Source of the DNA: Eledone cirrhosa
Taxonomy: Eukaryota
DNA: 64,000 nucleotides
Assembly (NCBI GenBank): GCA_964016885.1
Contig: OZ024745.1
Location: 2,914,001 to 2,978,000, forward strand
Direction of reading: 5' to 3'
The position numbers and the translations under genes were made by a program. Under the pieces are notes generated by a model. It did no database searches. It had not been told where the DNA came from and saw only the letters and a program-made list of their open reading frames with translations. This document shows, piece after piece, positions 35,401 through 50,400 of this stretch (its first letter is position 1; the number at the start of each line of letters is the position of its first letter).

Positions 35401-38400
35401 ACTGGTCAACAGAGGTGATTCTGGTGAGACTGAAGACTTGTTATTGAACTGGTCAACAGAGGTGATTCTGGTGAGACTGTAGACTTGTTATTGAACTGGT
35501 CAACACAGCTGATCCTGGTGAGACTGTAGACTGGTTATTGAACTGGTCAACAGAGGTGATTCTGGTGAGACTGCAGACTTGTTATTGAACTGGTCAACAG
35601 AGGTGATTCTGGTGAGACTGTAGACTTGTTATTTAACTGGTCAACAAAGGTGATTCTGGTGAGACTGCAGACTTGTTATTGAACTGGTCAGTAGAGGTGA
35701 TTCTGGTGAGACTGAGGACTTGTTATTGAACTGGTCAACAGAGGTGATTCTGGTGAGACTGTAGACATGTTATTGAACTGGTCAACAGAGGTGATTTTTG
35801 TGAGACTGTAGACTTGTTATTGAACTGGTCAACAGAGGTGATTCTTGTGAGACTGCAGACTTGTTAATGAACTGGTCAACAGAGGGGATTCTGGTGAGAC
35901 TGTAGACTTGTTATTGAACTGGTCAACAGAGGTGATTCTTGTGAGACTGCAGACTTGTTATTGAACTGGTCAACAGAGGGGATTCTGGTGAGACTGCAGA
36001 CTTGTTATTGAACTGGTCAACAGAGGTGATTCTGGTGAGACTGTAGACTTGTTATTGAACTGGTCAACAGAGGTGATTCTGGTGAGACTGTAGACTTGTT
36101 ATTGAACTGGTCAACAGAGGTGATTCTGGTGAGACTGTAGACTTGTTATTGAACTGGTCAACAGAGGTGATTCTTGTGAGACGGTAGACTTGTTATTGAA
36201 CTGGTCAACAGAGGGGATTCTGGTGAGACTGTAGACTTGTTATTGAACTGGTCAACAGAGGTGATTTTTGTGAGACTGTAGACTTGTTATTGAACTGGTC
36301 AACAGAGGTGATTCTTGTGAGACTGCAGACTTGTTATTGAACTGGTCAACAGAGGTGATTCTGGTGAGACTGTAGACTTGTTATTGAACTGGTCAACAGA
36401 GGTGATTCTGTTGAGACTGTAGACTTGTTATTGAACTGGTCAACAGAGGTGATTCTGGTGAGACTGAAGCCTTGTTATTGAACTGGTCAACAGAGGTGAT
36501 TCTGGTGAGACTGAAGACTTGTTATTGAACTGGTCAACAGAGGTGATTCTGGTGAGACTGCAGACTTGTTATTGAACTGGTCAACACAGCTGATCCTGGT
36601 GAGACTGCAGACTGGTTATTGAACTGGTCAACAGAGGTGCTTCTGGTAGGACTGCAGACTTGTTATTGAACTGGTCAACAGAGGTGATTCTGGTGAGACT
36701 GTAGACTTGTTATTTAACTGGTCAACAGATGTGATTCTGGTGAGACTGCAGACTTGTTATTGAACTGGTTAACAGATGTACTTCTGGTGAGACTGCAGAC
36801 TTGTTATTGAACTGGTCAACAGAGGTGATTCTGGTGAGACTGCAGACTGGTCATTGAACTGGTCAACAGAGGTGATTCTGGTGAGACTGCAGACTTGTTA
36901 TTGAACTGGTCAACAGATGTACTTCTGGTGAGGCTGCAGACTTGTTATTGAACTGGTCAACAGAGGTGATTCTGGTGAGACTGTAGACTTGTTATTGAAC
37001 TGGTCAACAGAGGTGATTCTGGTGAGAGTGCAGACTTGTTATTGAACTGGTCAGTAGAGGTGATTCTGGTGAGACTGCAGACTTGTTATTGAACTGGTCA
37101 ACAGAGGTGATTCTGGTGAGACTGTAGACTTGTTATTGAACTGGTCAACAGAGCTGATTCTGGTGAGATTGTAGACTTGTTATTGAACTGGTCAACAGAG
37201 GTGATTCTGGTGAGACTGTAGACTTGTTATTGAACTGGTCAACAGAGGTGATTCTGGTGAGAATGTAGACATGTTATTGAACTGGTCAACAGAGGTGATT
37301 CTGGTGAGACTGAAGACTTGTTATTGAACTGGTCAACAGAGGTGATTCTGGTGAGACTGTAGACTTGTTATTGAACTGGTCAACACAGCTGATCCTGGTG
37401 AGACTGTAGACTGGTTATTGAACTGGTCAACAGAGGTGATTCTGGTGAGACTGCAGACTTGTTATTGAACTGGTCAACAGAGGTGATTCTGGTGAGACTG
37501 TAGACTTGTTATTTAACTGGTCAACAAAGGTGATTCTGGTGAGACTGCAGACTTGTTATTGAACTGGTCAGTAGTGGTGATTCTGGTGAGACTGAGGACT
37601 TGTTATTGAACTGGTCAACAGAGGTGATTCTGGTGAGACTGTAGACATGTTATTGAACTGGTCAACAGAGGTGATTCTGGTCAGACTGCAGATTTGTTAT
37701 TTAACTGGTCAACAGTGGTGATTCTGGTGAGACTGCAGACTTGTTATTGAACTGGTCAGTAGAGGTGATTCTGGTGAGACTGAGGACTTGTTATTGAACT
37801 GGTCAACAGAGGTGATTCTGGTGAGACTGTAGACTTGTTATTGAACTGGTCAACAGAGGTGATTCTGGTGAGACTGCAGACTTGTTATTGAACAGGTCAA
37901 CAGAGGTGATTCTGGTGAGATTGCAGACTTGTTATTGAACTGGTCAGTAGAGGTGATTCTAGTGAGACTGCAGACTTGTTATTGAACAGGTCAACAGAGG
38001 TGATTCTGGTGAGACTGCAGACTTGTTATTGAACTGGTCAACACAGCTGATCCTGTAGAGACTGCAGACTTGTTATTGAACTGGTCAACAGAGGTGATTC
38101 TTGTGAGACTGCAGTCTTGTTATTGAACTGGTCAACAGAGGTTATTCGGGTGAGACTGCAGACATGTTATTGAACTGGTCAACAGATGTACTTCTGGTGA
38201 GAGTGCAGACTTGTTATTGAACTGGTCAACAGAGGTGATTCTGGTGAGAGTGCAGACTTGTTATTGAACTTGTCAGTAGAGGTGATTCTGGTGAGACTGC
38301 AGACTTGTTATTGAACTGGTCAACAGAGGTGATTCTTGTGAGACTGTAGACTTGTTATAGAACTGGTCAACAGAGGTGATTCTGGTGAGACTGTAGACTT

Positions 38401-41400
38401 GTTATTGAACTGGTCAACAGAGGTGATTCTTGTGAGAGTGCAGACATGTTAATGAACTGGTCAACAGAGGTGATTCTGGTGAGACTGTAGACTTGTTATT
38501 GAACTGGTCAACAGAGGTGATTCTTGTGAGACTGCAGACTTGTTATTGAACTGGTCAACAGAGGGGATTCTGGTGAGACTGCAGACTTGTTATTGAACTG
38601 GTCAACAGAGGTGATTCTGGTGAGACTGTAGACTTGTTATTGAACTGGTCAACAGAGGTGATTCTGGTGAGACTGTAGACTTGTTATTGAACTGGTCAAC
38701 AGAGGGGATTCTTGTGAGACTGTAGACTTGTTATTGAACTGGTCAACAGTGGTGATTCTTGTGAGACTGCAGACTTGTTATTGAACTGGTCAACAGAGGT
38801 GATTCTTGTGAGACTGCAGACTTGTTATTGAACTGGTCAACAGAGGTGATTCTTGTGAGACTGCAGACTTGTTATTGAACTGGTCAACAGATGTACTTCT
38901 GGTGAGGCTGCAGACTTGTTATTGAACTGGTCAACAGAGGTGATTCTGGTGAGACTGTAGACTTGTTATTGAACTGGTCAACAGAGGTGATTCTGGTGAG
39001 AGTGCAGACTTGTTATTGAACTGGTCAGTAGAGGTGATTCTGGTGGGACTGCAGACTTGTTATTGAACTGGTCAACAGAGGTGATTCTGGTGAGACTGTA
39101 GACTTGTTATTGAACTGGTCAACAGAGGTGATTCTGGTGAGATTGTAGACTTGTTATTGAACTGGTCAACAGAGGTGATTCTGGTGAGACTGTAGACTTG
39201 TTATTGAACTGGTCAACAGAGGTGATTCTGGTGAGACTGTAGACATGTTCTTGAACTGGTCAACAGAGGTGATTCTGGTGAGACTGTAGACTTGTTATTG
39301 AACTGGTCAACACAGCTGATCCTGGTGAGACTGTAGACTGGTTATTGAACTGGTCAACAGAGGTGATTCTGGTGAGACTGCAGACTTGTTATTGAACTGG
39401 TCAACAGAGGTGATTCTGGTGAGACTGTAGACTTGTTATTGAACTGGTCAACAGAGGTGATTCTGGTGAGACTGCAGACTTGTTATTGAACTGGTCAACA
39501 GAGGTGATTCTGGTGAGATTGCAGACTGGTTATTGAACTGGTCAGTAGAGGTGATTCTAGTGAGACTGCAGACTTGTTATTGAACAGGTCAACAGAGGTG
39601 ATTCTGGTGAGACTGCAGACTTGTTATTGAACTGGTCAACACAGCTGATCCTGTAGAGACTGTAGACATGTTATTGAACTGGTCAACAGAGGTGATTCTG
39701 GTGAGACTGAAGACTTGTTATTGAACTGGTCAACAGAGGTGATTCTGGTGAGACTGTAGACTTGTTATTGAACTGGTCAACAGAGGTGATTCTTGTCAGA
39801 CTGTAGACTTGTTATTGAACTGGTCAACAGAGGGGATTCTGGTGAGACTGTAGACTTGTTATTGAACTGGTCAACAGAGGTGATTTTTGTGAGACTGTAG
39901 ACTTGTTATTGAACTGGTCAACAGATGTGATTCTTGTGAGACTGCAGACTTGTTATTGAACTGGTCAACAGAGGGGATTCTGGTGAGACTGCAGACTTGT
40001 TATTGAACAGGTCAACAGAGGTGATTCTGGTGAGACTGTAGACTTGTTATTGAACTGGTCAACAGAGGTGATTCTTGTGAGACTGTAGACTTGTTATTGA
40101 ACTGGTCAACAGAGGTGATTCTGGTGAGATTGTAGACTTGTTATTGAACTGGTCAACAGAGGTGATTCTGGTGAGACTGTAGACTTGTTATTGAACTGGT
40201 CAACAGAGGTGATTCTGGTGAGACTGTAGACATGTTCTTGAACTGGTCAACAGAGGTGATTCTGGTGAGACTGTAGACTTGTTATTGAACTGGTCAACAC
40301 AGCTGATCCTGGTGAGACTGTAGACTGGTTATTGAACTGGTCAACAGAGGTGATTCTGGTGAGACTGCAGACTTGTTATTGAACTGGTCAACAGAGGTGA
40401 TTCTGGTGAGACTGTAGACTTGTTATTGAACTGGTCAACAGAGGTGATTCTGGTGAGACTGCAGACTTGTTATTGAACTGGTCAACAGAGGTGATTCTGG
40501 TGAGATTGCAGACTGGTTATTGAACTGGTCAGTAGAGGTGATTCTAGTGAGACTGCAGACTTGTTATTGAACAGGTCAACAGAGGTGATTCTGGTGAGAC
40601 TGCAGACTTGTTATTGAACTGGTCAACACAGCTGATCCTGTAGAGACTGTAGACATGTTATTGAACTGGTCAACAGAGGTGATTCTGGTGAGACTGAAGA
40701 CTTGTTATTGAACTGGTCAACAGAGGTGATTCTGGTGAGACTGTAGACTTGTTATTGAACTGGTCAACAGAGGTGATTCTTGTCAGACTGTAGACTTGTT
40801 ATTGAACTGGTCAACAGAGGGGATTCTGGTGAGACTGTAGACTTGTTATTGAACTGGTCAACAGAGGTGATTTTTGTGAGACTGTAGACTTGTTATTGAA
40901 CTGGTCAACAGATGTGATTCTTGTGAGACTGCAGACTTGTTATTGAACTGGTCAACAGAGGGGATTCTGGAGAGACTGCAGACTTGTTATTGAACAGGTC
41001 AACAGAGGTGATTCTGGTGAGACTGTAGACTTGTTATTGAACTGGTCAACAGAGGTGATTCTTGTGAGACTGCAGACTTGTTATTGAACTGGTCAACAGA
41101 GGTAATTCTGGTGAGACTGTAGACTTGTTATTGAATTGGTCAACAGAGGTGATTCTGGTGAGACTGTAGACTTGTTATTGAACTGGTCAACAGAGGTGAT
41201 TCTGGTGAGACTGTAGACTTGTTATTGAACTGGTCAACAGAGGTGATTCTGGTGAGACTGTAGACTTGTTATTGAACTGGTCAACAGAGGTGATTCTTGT
41301 GAGACTGTAGACTTGTTATTGAACTGGTCAACAGAGGGGATACTTGTGAGACTGTAGACTTGTTATTGAACTGGTCAACAGAGGTGATTTTTGTGAGACT

Positions 41401-44400
41401 GTAGACTTGTTATTGAACTGGTCAACAGAGGTGATTCTTGTGAGAGTGCAGACTTGTTAATGAACTGGTCAACAGAGGGGATTCTGGTGAGACTGTAGAC
41501 TTGTTATTGAACTGGTCAACAGAGGTGATTCTTGTGAGACTGCAGACTTGTTATTGAACTGGTCAACAGAGGGGATTCTGGTGAGACTGCAGACTTGTTA
41601 TTGAACTGGTCAACAGAGGTGATTCTGGTGAGACTGTAGACTTGTTATTGAACTGGTCAACAGAGGTGATTCTGGTGAGACTGTAGACTTGTTATTGAAC
41701 TGGTCAACAGAGGGGATTCTTGTGAGACTGTAGACTTGTTATTGAACTGGTCAACAGAGGTGATTCTTGTGAGACTGCAGACTTGTTATTGAACTGGTCA
41801 ACAGAGGTGATTCTTGTGAGACTGCAGACTTGTTATTGAACTGGTCAACAGAGGTGATTCTTGTGAGACTGCAGACTTGTTATTGAACTGGTCAACAGAT
41901 GTATTTCTGGTGAGGCTGCAGACTTGTTATTGAACTGGTCAACAGAGGTGATTCTGGTGAGACTGTAGACTTGTTATTGAACTGGTCAACAGAGGTTATT
42001 CTGGTGAGAGTGCAGACTTGTTATTGAACTGGTCAGTAGAGGTGATTCTGGTGAGACTGTAGACTTGTTATTGAACTGGTCAACAGAGGTGATTCTGGTG
42101 AGATTGTAGACTTGTTATTGAACTGGTCAACAGAGGTGATTCTGGTGAGACTGTAGACTTGTTATAGAACTGGTCAACAGAGGTGATTCTGGTGAGACTG
42201 AAGACTTGTTCTTGAACTGGTCAACAGAGGTGATTCTGGTGAGATTGCAGACTTGTTATTGAACTGGTCAGTAGAGGGGATTCTAGTGAGACTGCAGACT
42301 TGTTATTGAACAGGTCAACAGAGGTGATTCTGGTGAGACTGCAGACTTGTTATTGAACTGGTCAACACAGCTGATCCTGTAGAGATTGCAGACTTGTTAT
42401 TGAACTGGTCAACAGAGGTGATTCTTGTGAGACTGCAGTCTTGTTATTGAACTGGTCAACAGAGGTTATTCGGGTGAGACTGCAGACATGTTATTGAACT
42501 GGTCAACAGATGTACTTCTGGTGAGAGTGCAGACTTGTTATTGAACTGGTCAACAGAGGTGATTCTGGTGAGAGTGCAGACTTGTTATTGAACTTGTCAG
42601 TAGAGGTGATTCTGGTGAGACTGCAGACTTGTTATTGAACTGGTCAACAGAGGTGATTCTTGTGAGACTGTAGACTTGTTATAGAACTGGTCAACAGAGG
42701 TGATTCTGGTGAGACTGTAGACTTGTTATTGAACTGGTCAACAGAGGTGATTCTTGTGAGAGTGCAGACTTGTTAATGAACTGGTCAACAGAGGTGATTC
42801 TGGTGAGACTGTAGACTTGTTATTGAACTGGTCAACAGAGGTGATTCTTGTGAGACTGCAGACTTGTTATTGAACTGGTCAACAGAGGGGATTCTGTTGA
42901 GACTGCAGACTTGTTATTGAACTGGTCAACAGAGGTGATTCTGGTGAGACTGTAGACTTGTTATTGAACTGGTCAACAGAGGTGATTCTGGTGAGACTGT
43001 AGACTTGTTATTGAACTGGTCAACAGAGGGGATTCTTGTGAGACTGTAGACTTGTTATTGAACTGGTCAACAGAGGTGATTCTTGTGAGACTGCAGACTT
43101 GTTATTGAACTGGTCAACAGAGGTGATTCTTGTGAGACTGCAGACTTGTTATTGAACTGGTCAACAGATGTACTTCTGGTGAGGCTGCAGACTTGTTATT
43201 GAACTGGTCAACAGAGGTGATTCTGGTGAGACTGTAGACTTGTTATTGAACTGGTCAACAGAGGGGATTCTGGTGAGAGTGCAGACTTGTTATTGAACTG
43301 GTCAGTAGAGGTGATTCTGGTGAGACTGCAGACTTGTTATTGAACTGGTCAACAGAGGTGATTCTGGTGAGACTGTAGACTTGTTATTGAACTGGTCAAC
43401 AGAGGTGATTCTGGTGAGATTGTAGACTTGTTATTGAACTGGTCAACAGAGGTGATTCTGGTGAGACTGTAGACTTGTTATTGAACTGGTCAACAGAGGT
43501 GATTCTGGTGAGACTGTAGACATGTTCTTGAACTGGTCAACAGAGGTGATTCTGGTGAGACTGTAGACTTGTTATTGAACTGGTCAACACAGCTGAGACT
43601 GGTGAGACTGTAGACTGGTTATTGAACTGGTCAACAGAGGTGATTCTGGTGAGACTGCAGACTTGTTATTGAACTGGTCAACAGAGGTGATTCTGGTGAG
43701 ACTGTAGACTTGTTATTTAACTGGTCAACAAAGGTGATTCTGGTGAGACTGCAGACTTGTTATTGAACTGGTCAGTAGAGGTGATTCTGGTGAGACTGAG
43801 GACTTGTTATTGAACTGGTCAACAGAGGTGATTCTGGTTAGACTGTAGACTTTTATTGAACTGGTCAACAGAGGTGATTCTGGTGAGACTGCAGACTTGT
43901 TATTGAACTGGTCAACAGAGGTGATTCTGGTGAGATTGCAGACTGGTTATTGAACTGGTCAGTAGAGGTGATTCTAGTGAGACTGCAGACTTGTTATTGA
44001 ACAGGTCAACAGAGGTGATTCTGGTGAGACTGCAGACTTGTTATTGAACTGGTCAACACAGCTGATCCTGTAGAGACTGTAGACATGTTATTGAACTGGT
44101 CAACAGAGGTGATTCTGGTGAGACTGAAGACTTGTTATTGAACTGGTCAACAGAGGTGATTCTGGTGAGACTGTAGACTTGTTATTGAACTGGTCAACAG
44201 AGGTGATTCTTGTCAGACTGTAGACATGTTATTGAACTGGTCAACAGAGGGGATTCTGGTGAGACTGTAGACTTGTTATTGAACTGGTCAACAGAGGTGA
44301 TTTTTGTGAGACTGTAGACTTGTTATTGAACTGGTCAACAGAGGTGATTCTTGTGAGACTGCAGACTTGTTAATGAACTGGTCAACAGAGGGGATTCTGG

Positions 44401-47400
44401 TGAGACTGTAGACTTGTTATTGAACTGGTCAACAGATGTGATTCTTGTGAGACTGCAGACTTGTTATTGAACTGGTCAACAGAGGGGATTCTGGTGAGAC
44501 TGCAGACTTGTTATTGAACAGGTCAACAGAGGTGATTCTGGTGAGACTGTAGACTTGTTATTGAACTGGTCAACAGAGGTGATTCTGGTGAGACTGTAGA
44601 CTTGTTATTGAACTGGTCAACAGAGGTGATTCTGGTGAGACTGTAGACTTGTTATTGAACTGGTCAACAGAGGTGATTCTTGTGAGACTGTAGACTTGTT
44701 ATTGAACTGGTCAACAGAGGGGATTCTTGTGAGACTGTAGACTTGTTATTGAACTGGTCAACAGAGGTGATTTTTGTGAGACTGTAGACTTGTTATTGAA
44801 CTGGTCAACAGAGGTGATTCTTGTGAGAGTGCAGACTTGTTAATGAACTGGTCAACAGAGGGGATTCTGGTGAGACTGCAGACTTGTTATTGAACTGGTC
44901 AACAGAGGTTATTCTGGTGAGAGTGCAGACTTGTTATTGAACTGGTCAGTAGAGGTGATTCTGGTGAGACTGCAGACTTGTTATTGAACTGGTCAACAGA
45001 GGTGATTCTGGTGAGACTGTAGACTTGTTATTGAACTGGTCAACAGAGGTGATTCTGGTGAGATTGTAGACTTGTTATTGAACTGGTCAACAGAGGTGAT
45101 TCTGGTGAGACTGTAGACTTGTTATTGAACTGGTCAACAGAGGTGATTCTGGTGAGACTGAAGACTTGTTCTTGAACTGGTCAACAGAGGTGATTCTGGT
45201 GAGACTGTAGACTTGTTATTGAACTGGTCAACACAGCTGATCCTGGTGAGACTGTAGACTGGTTATTGAACTGGTCAACAGAGGTGATTCCGGTGAGACT
45301 GCAGACTTGTTATTGAACTGGTCAACAGAGGTGATTCTGGTGAGACTGTAGACTTGTTATTTAACTGGTCAACAAAGGTGATTCTGGTGAGACTGCAGAC
45401 TTGTTATTGAACTGGTCAGTAGAGGTGATTCTGGTGAGACTGAGGACTTGTTATTGAACTGGTCAACAGAGGTGATTCTGGTGAGACTGTAGACATGTTA
45501 TTGAACTGGTCAACAGAGGTGATTCTGGTCAGACTGCAGACTTGTTATTTAACTGGTCAACAGGTGTGATTCTGGTGAGACTGCAGACTTGTTATTGAAC
45601 TGGTCAGTAGAGGTGATTCTGGTGAGACTGAGGACTTGTTATTGAACTGGTCAACAGAGGTGATTCTGGTGAGACTGTAGACTTGTTATTGAACTGGTCA
45701 ACAGAGGTGATTCTGGTGAGACTGCAGACTTGTTATTGAACTGGTCAACAGAAGTGATTCTGGTGAGATTGCAGACTGGTTATTGAACTGGTCAGTAGAG
45801 GTGATTCTAGTGAGACTGCAGACTTGTTATTGAACAGGTCAACAGAGGTGATTCTGGTGAGACTGCAGACTTGTTATTGAACTGGTCAACACAGCTGATC
45901 CTGTAGAGACTGCAGACTTGTTATTGAACTGGTCAACAGAGGTGATTCTTGTGAGACTGCAGTCTTGTTATTGAACTGGTCAACAGAGGCTATTCTGGTG
46001 AGACTGCAGACATGTTATTGAACTGGTCAACAGATGTACTTCTGGTGAGAGTGCAGACTTGTTATTGAACTGGTCAACAGAGGTGATTCTGGTGAGAGTG
46101 CAGACTTGTTATTGAACTTGTCAGTAGAGGTGATTCTGGTGAGACTGCAGACTTGTTATTGAACTGGTCAACAGAGGTGATTCTGGTGAGACTGTAGACT
46201 TGTTATTGAACTGGTCAACAGAGGTGATTCTCGTGAGACTGCAGACTTGTTATTGAACTGGTCAACAGAGGTGATTCTGGTGAGATTGCAGACTGGTTAT
46301 TGAACTGGTCAGTAGAGGTGATTCTAGTGAGACTGCAGACTTGTTATTGAACAGGTCAACAGAGGTGATTCTGGTGAGACTGTAGACTTGTTATTGAACT
46401 GGTCAACAGAGGTGATTCTGGTGAGACTGCAGACTTGTTATTGAACTGGTCAACACAGCTGATCCTGGTGAGACTGCAGACTTGTTATTGAACTGGTCAA
46501 CAGAGGTGATTCTGGTGAGAGTGCAGACTTGTTATTGAACTTGTCAGTAGAGGTGATTCTGGTGAGACTGCAGACTTGTTATTGAACTGGTCAACAGAGG
46601 TGATTCATGTGAGACTGTAGACTTGTTATTGAACTGGTCAACAGAGGTGATTCTGGTGAGACTATAGACTTGTTATTGAACTGGTCAACAGAGGTGATTC
46701 TGGTGAGACTGTAGTCTTGTTATTGAACTGGTCAACAGAGGTGATTCTGGTGAGACTGTAGACTTGTTATTGAACTGGTCAACAGAGGTGATTCTGGTGA
46801 GACTGAAGACTTGTTATTGAACTGGTCAACAGAGGTGATTCTGGTGAGACTGTAGACTTGTTATTTAACTGGTCAACAAAGGTGATTCTGGTAAGACTGC
46901 AGACATGTTATTGAACTGGTCAGTAGAGGTGATTCTGGTGAGACTGAGGACTTGTTATTGAACTGGTCAACAGAGGTGATTCTGGTGAGACTGTAGACTT
47001 GTTATTGAACTGGTCAACAGAGGTGATTCTGGTCAGACTGCAGACTTGTTATTTAACTGGTCAACAGAGGTGATTCTGGTGGGACTGCAGACTTGTTATT
47101 GAACTGGTCAGTAGAGGTGATTCTGGTGAGACTGAGGACTTGTTATTGAACTGGTCAACAGAGGTGATTCTGGTGAGACTGTAGACTTCTTATTGAACTG
47201 GTCAACAGAGGTGATTCTGGTGAGATTGCAGGCTGGTTATTGAACTGCTCAGTAGAGGTGATTCTAGTGTGACTGCAGACTTGTTATTGAACTGGTCAAC
47301 AGAGGTGATTCTGGTGAGACTGTAGACTTGTTATTGAACTGGTCAACAGAGGTGATTCTGGTGAGACTGCAGACTTGTTATTGAACTGGTCAACACAGCT

Positions 47401-50400
47401 GATCCTGGTGAGACTGCAGACTTGTTATTGAACTGGTCAACAGAGGTGATTCTGGTGAGACTGCAGACTTGTTATTGAACTGGTCAACAGAGGTGATTCT
47501 GATGAGACTGCAGACTTGTTATTGAACTGGTCAACAGAGGTGATTCTGGTGAGACTGTAGACTTGTTATTGAACTGGTCAACAGAGGTGATTCTGTTGAG
47601 ACTGTAGACTTGTTATTGAACTGGTCAACAGAGGTGATTCTGGTGAGACTGAAGCCTTGTTATTGAACTGGTCAACAGAGGTGATTCTGGTGAGACTGAA
47701 GACTTGTTATTGAACTGGTCAACAGAGGTGATTCTGGTGAGACTGTAGACTTGTTATTGGACTGGTCAACACAGCTGATCCTGGTGAGACTGCAGACTGG
47801 TTATTGAACTGGTCAACAGAGGTGCTTCTGGTAGGACTGCAGACTTGTTATTGAACTGGTCAACAGAGGTGATTCTGGTGAGACTGTAGACTTGTTATTT
47901 AACTGGTCAACAGAGGTGATTCTGGTGAGACTGCAGACTTGTTATTGAACTGGTTAACAGATGTACTTCTGGTGAGACTGCAGACTTGTTATTGAACTGG
48001 TCAACAGAGGTGATTCTGGTGAGACTGCAGACTGGTTATTGAACTGGTCAACAGAGGTGATTCTTGTGAGACTGCAGACTTGTTATTGAACTGGTCAACA
48101 GAGGTGATTCTTGTGAGACTGCAGACTTGTTATTGAACTGGTCAACAGAGGTGATTCTTGTTAGACTGCAGACTTGTTATTGAACTGGTCAACAGAGGTG
48201 ATTCTTGTGAGACTGCAGACTTGTTATTGAACTGGTCAACAGATGTACTTCTGGTGAGGCTGCAGACTTGTTATTGAACTGGTCAACAGAGGTGATTCTG
48301 GTGAGACTGTAGACTTGTTATTGAACTGGTCAATAGAGGTGATTCTGGTGAGAGTGCAGACTTGTTATTGAACTGGTCAGTAGAGGTGATTCTGGTGAGA
48401 CTGCAGACTTGTTATTGAACTGGTCATCAGAGGTGATTCTGGTGAGACTGTAGACTTGTTATGAACTGGTCAACAGAGGTGATTCTGGTGAGAATGTAGA
48501 CATGTTATTGAACTGGTCAACAGAGGTGATTCTGGTGAGACTGAAGACTTGTTATTGAACTGGTCAACAGAGGTGATTCTGGTGAGACTGTAGACTTGTT
48601 ATTGAACTGGTCAACACAGCTGATCCTGGTGAGACTGTAGACTGGTTATTGAACTGGTCAACAGAGGTGATTCTGGTGAGACTGCAGACTTGTTATTGAA
48701 CTGGTCAACAGAGGTGATTCTGGTGAGACTGTAGACTTGTTATTTAACTGGTCAACAAAGGTGATTCTGGTGAGACTGTAGACTTGTTATTGAACTGGTC
48801 AGTAGAGGTGATTCTGGTGAGACTGAGGACTTGTTATTGAACTGGTCAACAGAGGTCATTCTGGTGAGACTGTAGACATGTTATTGAACTGGTCAACAGA
48901 GGTGATTCTGGTCAGACAGCAGATTTGTTATTTAACTGGTCAACAGAGGTGATTCTGGTCAGACTGCAGACTTGTTATTGAACTGGTCAGTAGAGGTGAT
49001 TCTGGTGAGACTGAGGACTTGTTATTGAACTGGTCAACAGAGGTGATTCTGGTGAGACTGTAGACTTGTTATTGAACTGGTCAACAGAGGTGATTCTGGT
49101 GAGACTGCAGACTTGTTATTGAACTGGTCAACAGAGGTGATTCTGGTGAGATTGCAGACTTGTTATTGAACTGGTCAGTAGAGGTGATTCTAGTGAGACT
49201 GCAGACTTGTTATTGAACAGGTCAACAGAGGTGATTCTGGTGAGACTGCAGACTTGTTGTTGAACTGGTCAACACAGCTGATCCTGTAGAGACTGCAGAC
49301 TTGTTATTGAACTGGTCAACAGAGGTGATTCTTGTGAGACTGCAGTCTTGTTATTGAACTGGTCAACAGAGGTTATTCGGGTGAGACTGCAGACATGTTA
49401 TTGAACTGGTCAACAGATGTACTTCTGGTGAGAGTGCAGACTTGTTATTGAACTGGTCAACAGAGGTGATTCTGGTGAGAGTGCAGACTTGTTATTGAAC
49501 TTGTCAGTAGTGGTGATTCTGGTGAGACTGCAGACTTGTTATAGAACTGGTCAACAGAGGTGATTCTGGTGAGACTGTAGACTTGTTATTGAACTGGTCA
49601 ACAGAGGTGATTCTGGTGAGACTGTAGTCTTGTTATTGAACTGGTCAACAGAGGTGATTCTGGTGAGACTGTAGACTTGTTATTGAACTGGTCAACAGAG
49701 GTGATTCTGGTGAGACTGAAGACTTGTTATTGAACTGGTCAACAGAGGTGATTCTGGTGATACTGTAGACTTGTTATTGAACTGGTCAACACAGCTGATC
49801 CTGGTGAGACTGCAGACTGGTTATTGAACTGGTCAACAGAGTTGATTCTGGTGAGACTGCAGACTTGTTATTGAACTGGTCAACAAAGGTGATTCTGGTG
49901 AGACTGTAGACTTGTTATTTAACTGGTCAACAAAGGTGATTCTGGTGAGACTGCAGACTTGTTATTGAACTGGTCAGTAGAGGGGATTCTGGTGAGACTG
50001 AGGACTTGTTATTGAACTGGTCAACAGAGGTGATTCTGGTGAGACTGTAGACATGTTATTGAACTGGTCAACAGAGGTGATTCTGGTCAGACTGCAGACT
50101 TGTTATTTAACTGGTCAACAGAGGTGATTCTGGTGAGTCTGCAGACTTGTTATTGAACTGGTCAGTAGAGGTGATTCTGGTGAGACTGAGGACTTGTTAT
50201 TGAACTGGTCAACAGAGGTTATTCTGGTGAGACTGTAGACTTGTTATTGAACTGGTCAACAGAGGTGATTCTGGTGAGACTGCAGACTTGTTATTGAACT
50301 GGTCAACAGAGGTGATTCTGGTGAGACTGCAGACTTGTTATTGAACTGGTTAACAGATGTACTTCTGGTGAGACTGCAGACTTGTTATTGAACTGGTCAA

